A DNA stretch of 64,000 nucleotides, from positions 2,643-66,642 of the forward strand of contig CAZYGG010000008.1 of the NCBI GenBank assembly GCA_964647585.1, written 5' to 3'. The DNA is from an uncultured Desulfobacterales bacterium. GTDB lineage: Bacteria > Desulfobacterota > Desulfobacteria > Desulfobacterales > CAJINA01. Of the stretch, positions 48,014 to 57,640 are shown one piece after another. Under the pieces are notes generated by a model. The model made no database searches and was not told the origin of the DNA. It saw only the letters and a list, made by a program, of their open reading frames with translations. A program made the position numbers and the translations under genes. Positions within the stretch are counted from its first letter, which is position 1, and each line of letters opens with the position of its first letter.

Positions 48014-49525
48014 CTACTTCGTTCTTTTCACAATCCCGGCAGCCACAAGGTAGCCCAGTACGCAGCCACTTTCCAAGTCTAAGAGCGTTTGGGCCTCATC
48101 ATCATAGATTGCACCGATACCGCAGGCGCCCAACCCCAGCGCGGTCGCCCCGAGATAAACCAACTGCCCGAGGAAACCGGCCTGGATCATGGCGTAGCGG
48201 TACCCCCGCGGACCGCAGGTTTCATCCAGCTGCCCCGGATTCAGCATAAAGAGGAAATGCACACCGGCATTTTTCAGCCAGTCCTGGTTCAAGCAGACAG
48301 CCGCCATTGGTGAACTAAGCTGCCCCGGGGAAATAAGGGCGTATTGCCGGGTCTGCGGGTCCAGCAGATAAAAGCCCGGTGCAACCCCCTCGATAGCACC
48401 GGCCACAAATCCCAGCGATAGATACCGCCCCGCGGGCGGCCCCATGACAAGGCCGCCAGTGAGGGCCGCGCTCAGCAGGGACAGCAGGTTTCTAAACCTG
48501 TCCCCGGGGATATCAAGGGGTATAAAATTTCGGGAAGACCGGCGGTGCACCATGGTCCTGGCAAGCGGATCACTGCCTGCGGGCCAGTCTGCCTGACCAA
48601 CCGACTGCCACTTTTCCGGCACCGGAACCGCAGCAGGCGGACCCGGGAAATCAGTGGCTGCCAGACCACCCTGTCCGGGAACTTCGGCTGCCTGCATCTG
48701 CTCTATCTCAGGATACGCGGTTTCCCGATCCGATACCCGCGAAGCGGATAGAATTTCCCCGGCAAGCGCCGGGATCTTTTCCGGGTTGACGAAGGCATCC
48801 TTTTGCCAGACATCCGGGCAACCCGCATCCAGCCTGGCAACCCCGGCTTCCCGGTGACTATCCAACCCCAGTAAAAGACCGGTGGCGGCATCGTCGAGAT
48901 CATAGGTTATTTCAGAAATCAACTTTTGTGATTTCAAGACAAGGGCCAGGTTCCCCAGAAGATGTCCGGTGTCCAGTAACACGTAGCGGTAGGCCCGGGC
49001 GCGATACTTCCACGCACTGCGGTAGGGGATCCCGGTAATATAAAGTGACAGGGCCAGCCCTTTTTCTGAATTCTGCCCCAGGAACCCGGCAATATCCGCA
49101 CCCCTGATCTGCTTCAGCGAAAAGTCAATCACACTGAAATAGTACAGGCCCGGATCCAGCCCATCAACCGCATAGGCCGCAATATAGATTTCACAGGGAT
49201 AAAGTGCTCCGGCGGATGGCGCGCTGCGGTAGTTGAACGTCTCCTGGGGATAACGCACCGCGGCGGTAATACCGTAACTCAAACCCAGCAGGGCGGCCAG
49301 TTTGGCGAGGGTCATTTTTTTGGTCGCGGGCAGGCTTGCAGGTCCATCCGACATAATATCCCAGAGGGACTGCTCTCCCGCAGTCACACCTTTTGCGGGC
49401 AGCGGGATGGATGCGGCGTTCGGATAGCGCTTGTACAAATCCGGCCGGTGGTCCCAGTCCAGGGCGTGGCCCGTCATCCGCCGCCGGTGATAGGATGTCA
49501 GATTATGATAGTCTTTACCATTCAT
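48014..49525 (-). CDS. SagB/ThcOx-family two-domain nitroreductase-like protein
   Basis: RSAPSAGALYPCE, WKYRARAYRY..LDTGH, RRSSRNF. Confidence 0.85.
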   Translation of the reverse strand: MNGKDYHNLTSYHRRRMTGHALDWDHRPDLYKRYPNAASIPLPAKGVTAGEQSLWDIMSDGPASLPATKKMTLAKLAALLGLSYGITAAVRYPQETFNYRSAPSAGALYPCEIYIAAYAVDGLDPGLYYFSVIDFSLKQIRGADIAGFLGQNSEKGLALSLYITGIPYRSAWKYRARAYRYVLLDTGHLLGNLALVLKSQKLISEITYDLDDAATGLLLGLDSHREAGVARLDAGCPDVWQKDAFVNPEKIPALAGEILSASRVSDRETAYPEIEQMQAAEVPGQGGLAATDFPGPPAAVPVPEKWQSVGQADWPAGSDPLARTMVHRRSSRNFIPLDIPGDRFRNLLSLLSAALTGGLVMGPPAGRYLSLGFVAGAIEGVAPGFYLLDPQTRQYALISPGQLSSPMAAVCLNQDWLKNAGVHFLFMLNPGQLDETCGPRGYRYAMIQAGFLGQLVYLGATALGLGACGIGAIYDDEAQTLLDLESGCVLGYLVAAGIVKRTK

Positions 49526-49538
49526 TGGGCACCTGCCC

Positions 49539-50576
49539 TTATTTCACATACTCGTCGCGCAGCATCTCCGACAACTGCCGCACCACGGCAAACGCTTTTT
49601 CCACGGTTTCCGCGCCATCGGGGTTTACCAGGCAACAGGTGGCCGGTGAAAGCAATCCCTGGGCAATCAGCATCTCCTTATCCACCCCGTGGTGATAAAG
49701 CGTATCCCACACCTGCTCCAGTTTGTCTTTCAGGGTCTTAATAGACTCGGCCTCGAAAGGTTCAATGTTGGTGGGCACGATGCCCCAGGCGATAACGCCG
49801 CCTTTTTCCAGAAAACGTTTGACCGCACCCGCATACGCTCCGAACACCAGGCCATTGCTGAAGACATCCAGGGAGAGGATATCAAGGTCAAGAGAGAGCA
49901 TGAACTCCCAGTCCGGATTCCCGCACAGGTGAATACCCCGGGGCCGTTTGATCCCGGTAAAAAACGCTTCAAGATCCGTTTTCGCCTTCATGCTGTCATA
50001 ACCGGAAAGCGCACTGAAAATAAATTGGAGCCCGGGTTCATCTACAAACATGAAGGCGTTGCGATTCAGCTGCGCCAGCCGGTCAAGCTGCACATTGATC
50101 CGACGGGCCATGAATTCAAACATGTAAGGCCGAATCGTGTCGTCAAACAGGATCGGCCGTTCATCCTGGTCCAGCACGTTGAGACCGAAACTTACCGGCC
50201 CTTCGAGCTGGCCGCGTATGGCGGGCCGGTTCTCTAAATCCAGGGCCAGGAACCGATGATAGACCTCTGAATATCCGGGACTGATGTCGAAGAAGTCGGG
50301 GTTGTCTTCGTTAGCGGCAGCCGTCTCATACGCCTCCATGAAACGGTCCATGGAAAACGACAGCTTACGGTTGTCCAGGTCCAGGACGATCCCCGGAAAA
50401 TTCTCGGAGGCCTGAACGTACATGTCTTCGTAATAGCTCAGGTTCGGCAGCTGGGGCCAGAAAGGAATGTCCATGGAAAGCGCCGTTTCAAGCGCCCGGT
50501 CCCCGTCCTTATGCGGCATGACGGCCATGGCAGTCGTTAAGAAGTTGCCTGGTATTGACGCGGCTGATGCTGGCAT
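49539..50576 (-). CDS. Cobalamin-independent methionine synthase C-terminal-like protein
   Basis: PFWPQLP, FVDEP, GIHLCG, WGIVPT, SPATCC; start ATG 50576. Confidence 0.7.
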   Translation of the reverse strand: MPASAASIPGNFLTTAMAVMPHKDGDRALETALSMDIPFWPQLPNLSYYEDMYVQASENFPGIVLDLDNRKLSFSMDRFMEAYETAAANEDNPDFFDISPGYSEVYHRFLALDLENRPAIRGQLEGPVSFGLNVLDQDERPILFDDTIRPYMFEFMARRINVQLDRLAQLNRNAFMFVDEPGLQFIFSALSGYDSMKAKTDLEAFFTGIKRPRGIHLCGNPDWEFMLSLDLDILSLDVFSNGLVFGAYAGAVKRFLEKGGVIAWGIVPTNIEPFEAESIKTLKDKLEQVWDTLYHHGVDKEMLIAQGLLSPATCCLVNPDGAETVEKAFAVVRQLSEMLRDEYVK

Positions 50577-50625
50577 AGTGACTCCCGGGGCAAAGCCCGT
50601 TTGGTGGTTTGTTTTTAAAAGTGTA

Positions 50626-51528
50626 CTAATTGCCGAAGAGGTCCTCAAGAGCTGCCGCCGCACCGGGAAACTGGAAATCGAATCTGGCTTCCTGCAACCG
50701 GTCCGGTACCGCCCGCTGACTGCTTAAAAGCGTATTGCCCATCTCCCCCAGCAACAGCCGGAGCATGAAAGCCGGTGCGGGCATAACGGCGGGTCGGCCG
50801 AGGCTTTTTCCCAGTGTCCGGGCAAAATCGACATTTCTGACTTGCCCGGGAGCGACGAAATTAAACGGGCCGCTAAGATCTTCCCGGGAGATGAGAAACT
50901 CAATGGCCCCGATCAGGTCAGACATATGAATCCAGGGGAACCAGTGCCGGCCGTTTCCCACGGGGCCGCCGGCAAACATCCGGAAAGCGGGTACCATCTT
51001 GCCCAGCGCTCCGCCGCCGGATGCCAGCACAACACCGAAACGCATCAGGGCTACCCGGGCACCGCTTTTCTCCGCCTGCCGGGCTTCGTTTTCCCAGTCA
51101 CTGGCTAAGGATGCAAGGAAATCAGCGCCGACGGGTGTATCCTCCGTAAGGATATCATCCCCCCGGCTGCCGTAGAGCCCCACGGCCGAGGTGCTCAGAA
51201 ATACACTGTCGCAATCCGGCGGCAAGGCCGTAACCAGATTCCGGGTGGTTAGAATCCGGCTGGCCTGCATCTGTTTTTTATACGCTTTGGTCCACCGCTT
51301 GAAAATCGTTCTACCAGCCAGGTTTACGATAACATCGGCTTTGGGCACCGCCGCCTGCCAGGGGCCCGGTTGGGTTGTATCGGCACTGACCCAGGTAAAC
51401 CCGGCATGCTGCGCCAGAAAGTGGTCGCGTGAGGTTCCGATGCCGGTAACCTGCCGGTTTTTATCTATCATCGCCTGGCTCAAGTGGCTGCCCACAAACC
51501 CGGATGCACCCGTGATGAGAACATGCAT
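50626..51528 (-). CDS. TIGR01777/YfcH-family NAD-dependent epimerase
   Basis: ITGASGFVG, NLAG, SAVGLYG, PWIH, GPFN. Confidence 0.9.
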   Translation of the reverse strand: MHVLITGASGFVGSHLSQAMIDKNRQVTGIGTSRDHFLAQHAGFTWVSADTTQPGPWQAAVPKADVIVNLAGRTIFKRWTKAYKKQMQASRILTTRNLVTALPPDCDSVFLSTSAVGLYGSRGDDILTEDTPVGADFLASLASDWENEARQAEKSGARVALMRFGVVLASGGGALGKMVPAFRMFAGGPVGNGRHWFPWIHMSDLIGAIEFLISREDLSGPFNFVAPGQVRNVDFARTLGKSLGRPAVMPAPAFMLRLLLGEMGNTLLSSQRAVPDRLQEARFDFQFPGAAAALEDLFGN

Positions 51529-51529
51529 G

Positions 51530-51982
51530 TCAGTTCCCTCCCGCGAGATAATTAAGATGCCGCTCTATTTCCGGCTTTGGGGGGGCTCCGGGAATCGTGT
51601 TCACCAGGCGGCCACCGTTGAAAAACAGCAGGGTGGGCACACTTAAAACATTGAACCGCGATGAAATCAGCGGGTTCTGGTCGACATTCAGCTTGGCGAT
51701 TTTTACAACACCGGCAAATTCCGAGGCCAACTGGTTCAGTATCGGGGCCATCTGTTTGCAGGGGCCGCACCAGGGCGCCCAGCAATCCAGCATCACCGGC
51801 CCGGGGAAAGCGGTAATTTCCTCGTTGAAGGTCGCATCCGTCACCGTGAGCGGACCGGTCGCGGCCGACGGCAGGGATGCCTGGCATTTGCCGCACACCG
51901 GCTTGTCGGCAAGCCGTTCCCCTGGCACCCGGTTGCGGGTTCCACACTTGTTGCATCGCAAAATTCTATCTCCAGTTCCCAT
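51530..51982 (-). CDS. trxC: Thioredoxin 2 with zinc finger
   Basis: CNKC...CGKC plus WCGPC. Confidence 0.92.
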   Translation of the reverse strand: MGTGDRILRCNKCGTRNRVPGERLADKPVCGKCQASLPSAATGPLTVTDATFNEEITAFPGPVMLDCWAPWCGPCKQMAPILNQLASEFAGVVKIAKLNVDQNPLISSRFNVLSVPTLLFFNGGRLVNTIPGAPPKPEIERHLNYLAGGN

Positions 51983-52063
51983 TTGTCCTCCCGGTTCAGA
52001 AGTCGCAAGTTTTCCGCGGACGGGTTGCCGCTCACGCCGGGCAACCGGTCTGGCTGATACAAA

Positions 52064-52110
52064 TACAAATTACATGCCATATGTATTATTTTTTTGGCAT
52101 AAGGTTTGCG
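52064..52110. promoter_or_regulatory. Back-to-back sigma54-type promoters
   Basis: Plus strand TGGCAT-AAGGT-TTGCG (52095-52110); minus strand TGGCAT-GTAAT-TTGTA (52064-52079, weaker). Confidence 0.6.
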
Positions 52111-52191
52111 TAGAAAATGCCCATGAGTCTATCCGGCAACAACCCGATAGACAATACTCTCTAACCAACTTATGAACGCGGGAGGTTTAAA

Positions 52192-52398
52192 ATGGCAAAG
52201 AAACGGTATAAGATCAAATCGGCCTGTCCCCAGTGCGGATGCAGTTATCTCACCACCCTGTCTGCCGAGGAGATAAAGGCTAAATACCCGGATGTTGAGA
52301 ATGTTCATCTCGAGTGCGGCGAATGCATGCTCGAGTATGAAACTAAAATGGCCGAAGCCTGCCCCGAATGGGATGACGAATGCAAATTAAAAGAGTAA
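52192..52398 (+). CDS. Small Cys-rich zinc-ribbon-like protein
   Basis: GGAGG RBS; CPQCGC, CGEC, C-X6-C. Confidence 0.75.
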   Translation: MAKKRYKIKSACPQCGCSYLTTLSAEEIKAKYPDVENVHLECGECMLEYETKMAEACPEWDDECKLKE

Positions 52399-52524
52399 AC
52401 AGATAGTTACAACTAATTGATTCCTATATAATTTTACTTGAAACACCCCGATACATTGTGCCATAATAACCGATCAGTACCGGTCTCATCAAATTATACA
52501 TGTTTTCAGGAAAGGAACCGATCA

Positions 52525-53001
52525 ATGAGTTACGATTTTAACGCAGACGACATTTTTGAAATGGCCGAACAAATGGAACGCAACGGGGCAACCTTTTACC
52601 GTGACGCCGCCAGTTCGGTCGATGATAGCGCAATCAAAGAGTTCCTCCTGGAATTCGCGGCCATGGAGGACGAACACGAGAAAACATTCAGCGCACTAAG
52701 GAAGGAATTGACCGCGGCTGAAAAGACCCCGACGGTTTTTGACCCCAACAACGAATCAGCCCTGTACTTGAAAGCCCTGGCCGACACCCGGGTGTTTTTT
52801 AAGAAAGAAATCGACACTTCGACTGTCGAAGGTATTTTCAAGAGTGCCATTACAGCTGAAAAAGACTCCATCGTCTTCTACCTGGGTATGAAAGACCTCG
52901 TGCCGGGAGCCCTTGGCAAAGACAAAATGGATGGCATTATAAAAGAGGAAATGGGGCACATTAAGGTTTTAAGCCAGAAGCTCGCCGCGCATAAAAAGTA
53001 A
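52525..53001 (+). CDS. Ferritin-like (rubrerythrin family) protein
   Basis: MEDEH and EEMGH motifs; AAGGA RBS. Confidence 0.85.
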   Translation: MSYDFNADDIFEMAEQMERNGATFYRDAASSVDDSAIKEFLLEFAAMEDEHEKTFSALRKELTAAEKTPTVFDPNNESALYLKALADTRVFFKKEIDTSTVEGIFKSAITAEKDSIVFYLGMKDLVPGALGKDKMDGIIKEEMGHIKVLSQKLAAHKK

Positions 53002-53009
53002 CGCATGAG

Positions 53010-53140
53010 TGTGAAGTGACTAAAGTGATCTAAAGTTGATGAGTCGCTTCGCTCCGCTGGTTTTTATCCAATCAGCAGAATACCTTAACTTTAGATCACT
53101 TCAAACTTTAGCTCACTTTAGGCACTCACCTCAAACTTTA
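53010..53140. repeat. Inverted arrays of CTAAAGT / ACTTTAG units
   Basis: GACTAAAGTGATCTAAAGTT and AACTTTAGATCACTT...CACTTTAGGCACT. Confidence 0.55.
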
Positions 53141-53276
53141 ACGGCGTAGCCAATTATCTCAGACCTGCCCCTGAGGACTATGTTTTTAAGGGTGGAATAG
53201 ACACCCACCAGCCGGTTTCCCCAAAACAGTTTGGGGAAACCGGAACTGCCTCACACCCGAAACCGCCTCAAACACT

Positions 53277-53292
53277 GAGACACACTTGTCTC
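53277..53292. promoter_or_regulatory. Putative enhancer (UAS) upstream of nifUS
   Basis: GAGACA-CACT-TGTCTC. Confidence 0.55.
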
Positions 53293-53365
53293 AAAAAGTC
53301 TCTATTTCTCTGTCCCAAACCTTTATACAGGTCTCAAAACCGCCCATTACACATGGCTGCTGGGA

Positions 53366-53381
53366 TGGCACGAAAATTGAT
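53366..53381 (+). promoter_or_regulatory. Sigma54-type promoter (TTGA variant)
   Basis: TGGCAC-GAAAA-TTGAT. Confidence 0.5.
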
Positions 53382-53555
53382 GGTAGCTTGTACAGGGTAG
53401 TTGCAAAAAGAGTGTGCCTGACGACCCTGCCCCTGTCCGGCTGGACAGTGCGCAACAGGCTGGAACCGTTGAGAGTCTGCCTTGACATTACCACTTTGTG
53501 GTATATATTCATGTACCCAAAACAACAGTCATTTTTCCGGTCCAAAGGAGGAACA

Positions 53556-54383
53556 ATGTGGGATTACACTGAAAAAGTAAAAGAACATTTCCTGAATCCG
53601 CGTAATGTCGGTTTCATCGAAAACGCCGACGGTATCGGTGAGGTCGGTTCCATGGCGTGCGGCGACGCCCTGAAACTGACTTTTAAACTCGACGATAAAG
53701 AAAAAATCAGCGACGCTAAATTCCAGACTTTCGGCTGTGCCAGCGCCATTGCATCTTCTTCAGCGCTGACTGAGATCATCAAGGGCCTCTCTCTCGATGA
53801 AGCCATGCAGGTTACCAATGACGAAATCGCTCAATACCTGGGCGGGCTGCCCAAGCAGAAAATGCACTGCTCGGTGCTGGGCCGGGATGCCCTCGAAAAA
53901 GCCATCTCCTACTATCGGGGTGAACCCGATAAAAAGGTCGAAGGTGAAATCGTGTGTGAGTGTTTTGGCATCACCAACCTGGATATCCGGCGCGCCGTCT
54001 CGGAAAACGGTTTAAAGAGCGTGGAAGACGTCACCGATTACGTCAAAGCCGGCGGCGGCTGCGGCAATTGCCATGATAAAATTGAAGCGATTATCGCCGA
54101 AGTGACCGGTACAGCCATAGAAGCGGAACCCAAACGCCGTGTCCTTACCAATATTCAAAAAATCCGGTTAGTTGAAGAAACGCTTGAACGTGAGATCAAA
54201 CCGGTGCTGAAAAAAGACGGCGGTGATATCGAACTGGTGGATCTGGACGGGAACCGAATCCTGGTCAAACTCCACGGGCGCTGCAGCACCTGTGCCGCCT
54301 CCCAGGTAACCCTGAAAGACTATGTCCAGGCCAAAATCCAGGAACTTGTGTCTCCGGAACTTGAAGTGGAAGAGGTGCAATAA
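53556..54383 (+). CDS. nifU: Fe-S cluster assembly scaffold NifU
   Basis: IscU domain (ACGD, FGCASA, MHCS), BFD-like CEC..CGNC, Nfu domain CSTC; GGAGG RBS before ATG 53556. Confidence 0.95.
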   Translation: MWDYTEKVKEHFLNPRNVGFIENADGIGEVGSMACGDALKLTFKLDDKEKISDAKFQTFGCASAIASSSALTEIIKGLSLDEAMQVTNDEIAQYLGGLPKQKMHCSVLGRDALEKAISYYRGEPDKKVEGEIVCECFGITNLDIRRAVSENGLKSVEDVTDYVKAGGGCGNCHDKIEAIIAEVTGTAIEAEPKRRVLTNIQKIRLVEETLEREIKPVLKKDGGDIELVDLDGNRILVKLHGRCSTCAASQVTLKDYVQAKIQELVSPELEVEEVQ

Positions 54384-55552
54384 TGAAAACGATCTATGTC
54401 GATAACAATGCGACCACCATGGTGGCTCCCCGGGTCGTAGAGACGATGCTGCCCTACTTCTCGGAATTGTACGGGAATCCTTCCAGTATGCACAATTTTG
54501 GCGGCAAGGTCGGCGGGGCTATTGAGGAGGCCCGCAAAAAAGTAGCCGCATTGATTAACGCGTCCGCCAGTGAGATTGTTTTCACCAGCTGCGGTACCGA
54601 AAGCGACAGTACCGCCATCAAGGCCGTGCTGGCCGCCAACCCCGACAAACGCCATCTTGTAACCTCGCGGGTAGAACACCCGGCCATCAAGAACCTGTAT
54701 GAACAGCTGGCCTCCCAGGGATACCGGACAACTTTTGTACCGGTAAATGCCGACGGCGAACTTGACCTGGACTATCTTTATGACAACCTGACCGATGGTA
54801 CCGCCATTGTCAGTATCATGTGGGCCAACAATGAAACCGGCGTGATCTTCCCGGTCGAGGAGATTGCCGCAGAGGTCAGGAAACGAGGCATTGCTTTTCA
54901 TACCGACAGCGTGCAGGCCGCCGGCAAAGTCCCCATCGATGTAAAGGCCGCACCCATTGACATGCTCTCGCTTTCCGGGCACAAGCTGCACGCCCCCAAG
55001 GGCGTCGGCGTGCTCTATGTTCGTAAAGGCACCCGCTTTTCACCCTTTCTGGTCGGAGGTCACCAGGAAGGCGGACGCCGGGGCGGCACCGAAAATGTCG
55101 CATCCATTGTTGGGCTGGGTACGGCCGCTGAGCTTGCCGGTGAGGAGCTGGCAAACGGCAGCATCGACCGGATGGCTGCATTGCGGGATCGTCTGGAGAA
55201 AGGTCTTTTGGAAAGTGTGCCCCGATCCATGGTGAACGGCACTGTTAAAAGCCGCCTGCCCAACACCACCAGCATCAGCTTTGAATATGTGGAAGGTGAA
55301 GCGATCCTGCTGATGATGGACCAGTTGGGCATCTGTGCCTCTTCGGGCAGCGCGTGCACCTCGGGCTCCCTGGAGCCGTCCCATGTCTTAAGGGCCATGG
55401 GAGTACCGTTCACGGCAGCCCACGGCTCTATCCGCTATAGCCTCAGCACGTTCAACACCGAGGAAGAAATCGACTATATTGTGGCAAACATGCCCCCCGT
55501 CATCGACCGGCTGCGGCAAATGTCCCCCTTCTGGGAGCAGAACGCCGGTTAA
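54383..55552 (+). CDS. nifS: Cysteine desulfurase NifS
   Basis: DNNATT, SGHKLHAPKG, SSGSACTS. Confidence 0.95.
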   Translation: MKTIYVDNNATTMVAPRVVETMLPYFSELYGNPSSMHNFGGKVGGAIEEARKKVAALINASASEIVFTSCGTESDSTAIKAVLAANPDKRHLVTSRVEHPAIKNLYEQLASQGYRTTFVPVNADGELDLDYLYDNLTDGTAIVSIMWANNETGVIFPVEEIAAEVRKRGIAFHTDSVQAAGKVPIDVKAAPIDMLSLSGHKLHAPKGVGVLYVRKGTRFSPFLVGGHQEGGRRGGTENVASIVGLGTAAELAGEELANGSIDRMAALRDRLEKGLLESVPRSMVNGTVKSRLPNTTSISFEYVEGEAILLMMDQLGICASSGSACTSGSLEPSHVLRAMGVPFTAAHGSIRYSLSTFNTEEEIDYIVANMPPVIDRLRQMSPFWEQNAG

Positions 55553-55897
55553 GTCCTCGCCGGCAGCTGCGTCCCCTGCCCGTCTGATGCCCGGTGTCCG
55601 CATGGGATACCGGGCATTTGCAGTCAGGTTTTCAGGCCGAAGGCTGAAGGCAGAATAGAACATGTGTCTCATGATACGCTTATGTACCACCTAACCAAGC
55701 CCCGACGTCGTCAATAAGATAATATCAGAATTTCAGACATTTATACCACGCAAACCCCTTTGAACGATTCCCTCGGCACTATTTTTTGTATCGTAAAAAC
55801 CCGCTTAATTCGCCATATGGGTGCCCGCGGGTTTCCGGCGATCCACAAACGCTCATAATATTCTGTTTTAACTGTATTTATTCAAGGGCCTCAATAT

Positions 55898-55913
55898 TGG
55901 CATATATATTGAA
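55898..55913 (+). promoter_or_regulatory. Sigma54-type promoter (TTGA variant)
   Basis: TGGCAT-ATATA-TTGAA; degenerate UAS at 55665-55688. Confidence 0.5.
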
Positions 55914-56064
55914 ATATAGTTTCCAGAAAAATCACGTTCGTTATATTTTTCGTTCAGGTGCGACTAAAAACCTGAATGAACAGATACCCGCTCCCGCCGG
56001 GCAAGGCGGGAATTTTCAAACCCATAACGATATTTTCAACACGTAGCGACGTGAATTATTCACC

Positions 56065-56301
56065 ATGTCAGACCCGGAAGGAGAACGCCCTTTGAAGCCC
56101 TGCGATGAAAACATCATGAAGACAATTATGCTGACGGATCAGATGCTGGCACTGGCAGATCAGGGCGACGCCCAGAGTGAGGATGCGGGTTGCGGCATCC
56201 TATACGGGATTATGCGCGATTCCGCGTACAAAATCCTGAAACTGGCAGAACAGGAGAAGCAAAAACATATCAACAAGGGCTGGTGGCGTGATCGCTGCTG
56301 A
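56065..56301 (+). CDS. Small hypothetical protein
   Basis: 78-aa helical ORF directly upstream of rubrerythrin; start uncertain. Confidence 0.65.
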   Translation: MSDPEGERPLKPCDENIMKTIMLTDQMLALADQGDAQSEDAGCGILYGIMRDSAYKILKLAEQEKQKHINKGWWRDRC

Positions 56302-56355
56302 AAAGGCCCCATTTAAATATGAAACCCTAAAACTACCATACAAGGAGAAAAACGA

Positions 56356-56931
56356 ATGCCAACACTTAAGGGCAGTCAGACAGAAAAAAACTTATTAGGA
56401 TCCTTTGCAGGCGAATCGCAGGCCCGCAACCGCTACACCTTTTTTGCCAGCAAAGCCAAGAAAGACGGTTATGTACAGATTGCAGATATTTTTACAGAGA
56501 CCGCGAACCAGGAAAAAGAGCATGCCAAACGCTTTTTTAAACAGCTGGAAGGCGGCGAAGTAGAAATCTCCGCTGGATTTCCGGCCGGGGTTATCGGATC
56601 CACTCTGGATAACCTGAAAGCCTCCGCAGCCGGGGAACACTTTGAGTGGTCCGAGCTATATCCCAGTTTTGCCAAGGTGGCCCGGGAAGAAGGCTTTGAG
56701 GCGGCCGCCGTTATCTGGGAAATGATTTCCAATGCCGAAAAACAGCATGAAAAACGGTACGTGGAACTGGCCGGCAATATCGAAGCCGACCAGGTCTTCA
56801 AAAGAGCGCAGAGCGTGGTCTGGCGCTGCCGCAACTGCGGTTACGTACATGAAGGCCCGACCGCACCGGAAATGTGCCCGGCCTGTGCCCATCCCCAGGC
56901 CCACTTTGAACTGCTCGGAGAAAACTGGTAG
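56356..56931 (+). CDS. rbr: Rubrerythrin
   Basis: FAGESQARNRY, QEKEHA, EKQHE, C-terminal CRNCG..CPAC. Confidence 0.96.
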   Translation: MPTLKGSQTEKNLLGSFAGESQARNRYTFFASKAKKDGYVQIADIFTETANQEKEHAKRFFKQLEGGEVEISAGFPAGVIGSTLDNLKASAAGEHFEWSELYPSFAKVAREEGFEAAAVIWEMISNAEKQHEKRYVELAGNIEADQVFKRAQSVVWRCRNCGYVHEGPTAPEMCPACAHPQAHFELLGENW

Positions 56932-56975
56932 GCCCGTTAACCTGTTTTAAATCAAACGAATATTAGGAGGAGTCC

Positions 56976-57350
56976 ATGGCTGAAAGATATGAAGTTTATA
57001 AATGCGACGTATGCGGCAACATTGTGGAAGTTTTAAACGGCGGCGGCGGCGAACTGGTTTGCTGCGGTCAGGCCATGAACCAGCTCACTGAAAATACGGT
57101 GGACGCAGCCAAGGAAAAACATGTCCCCGTAGTCGAGACGGTCGACGGCGGCTACAAAGTCAAGGTGGGCGAAGTGCCCCACCCCATGGAAGAAAAACAC
57201 CTCATCCAGTGGATCGAACTGATCGCGGACGGGACCATCTATCGGAAATACCTGGAACCCGGCGCGGTTCCGGAAGCGGTCTTCAGCGTCAGTGCTTCAG
57301 ACGTAACGGCCCGCGAATACTGCAACCTGCACGGGTTGTGGAAAGCCTGA
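56976..57350 (+). CDS. dfx: Desulfoferrodoxin (2Fe superoxide reductase)
   Basis: CDVCG..CCG, EKHVP, HPM..H, CNLHG. Confidence 0.96.
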   Translation: MAERYEVYKCDVCGNIVEVLNGGGGELVCCGQAMNQLTENTVDAAKEKHVPVVETVDGGYKVKVGEVPHPMEEKHLIQWIELIADGTIYRKYLEPGAVPEAVFSVSASDVTAREYCNLHGLWKA

Positions 57351-57472
57351 TGGACAAGACAGCCGGATATTCGCCGGGTTACGGCACCCCGGCTTAGAAA
57401 GACGGCAGGGCCGCCGATTTACAGGCGGCCACTGACCGTATTCACTTGAAACCTGACAACAAGGAGGCAACC

Positions 57473-57628
57473 ATGGCCAGCTGGAAATGCCAGAATTGCG
57501 GTTATACTTTTGAAAAAGATGCTCCTCCCGAAGCGTGCCCCTCCTGCAAGGAGAAGTGCGAGTTCGTGGACAATACCTGCTACACGCCCGATTGTGTCCC
57601 GGGAGGGACCGATCCCAGAATAAAGTAA
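57473..57628 (+). CDS. Rubredoxin-like small protein
   Basis: WKCQNCGY...CPSC plus extra C..CYTPDC; GGAGG RBS. Confidence 0.8.
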   Translation: MASWKCQNCGYTFEKDAPPEACPSCKEKCEFVDNTCYTPDCVPGGTDPRIK

Positions 57629-57640
57629 CGGAGATAAAAA

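Noticed and set aside
48014-49525. RiPP (azole) biosynthesis cluster suggested by the SagB domain
   Set aside because: No YcaO cyclodehydratase or precursor peptide nearby
53556-55552. Nitrogen fixation locus
   Set aside because: No nitrogenase genes; NifUS serves as general Fe-S assembly in many anaerobes
56299-56316. Fourth selenoprotein (Cys-UGA at the end of the 78-aa ORF)
   Set aside because: No SECIS-like hairpin downstream and no family evidence for readthrough
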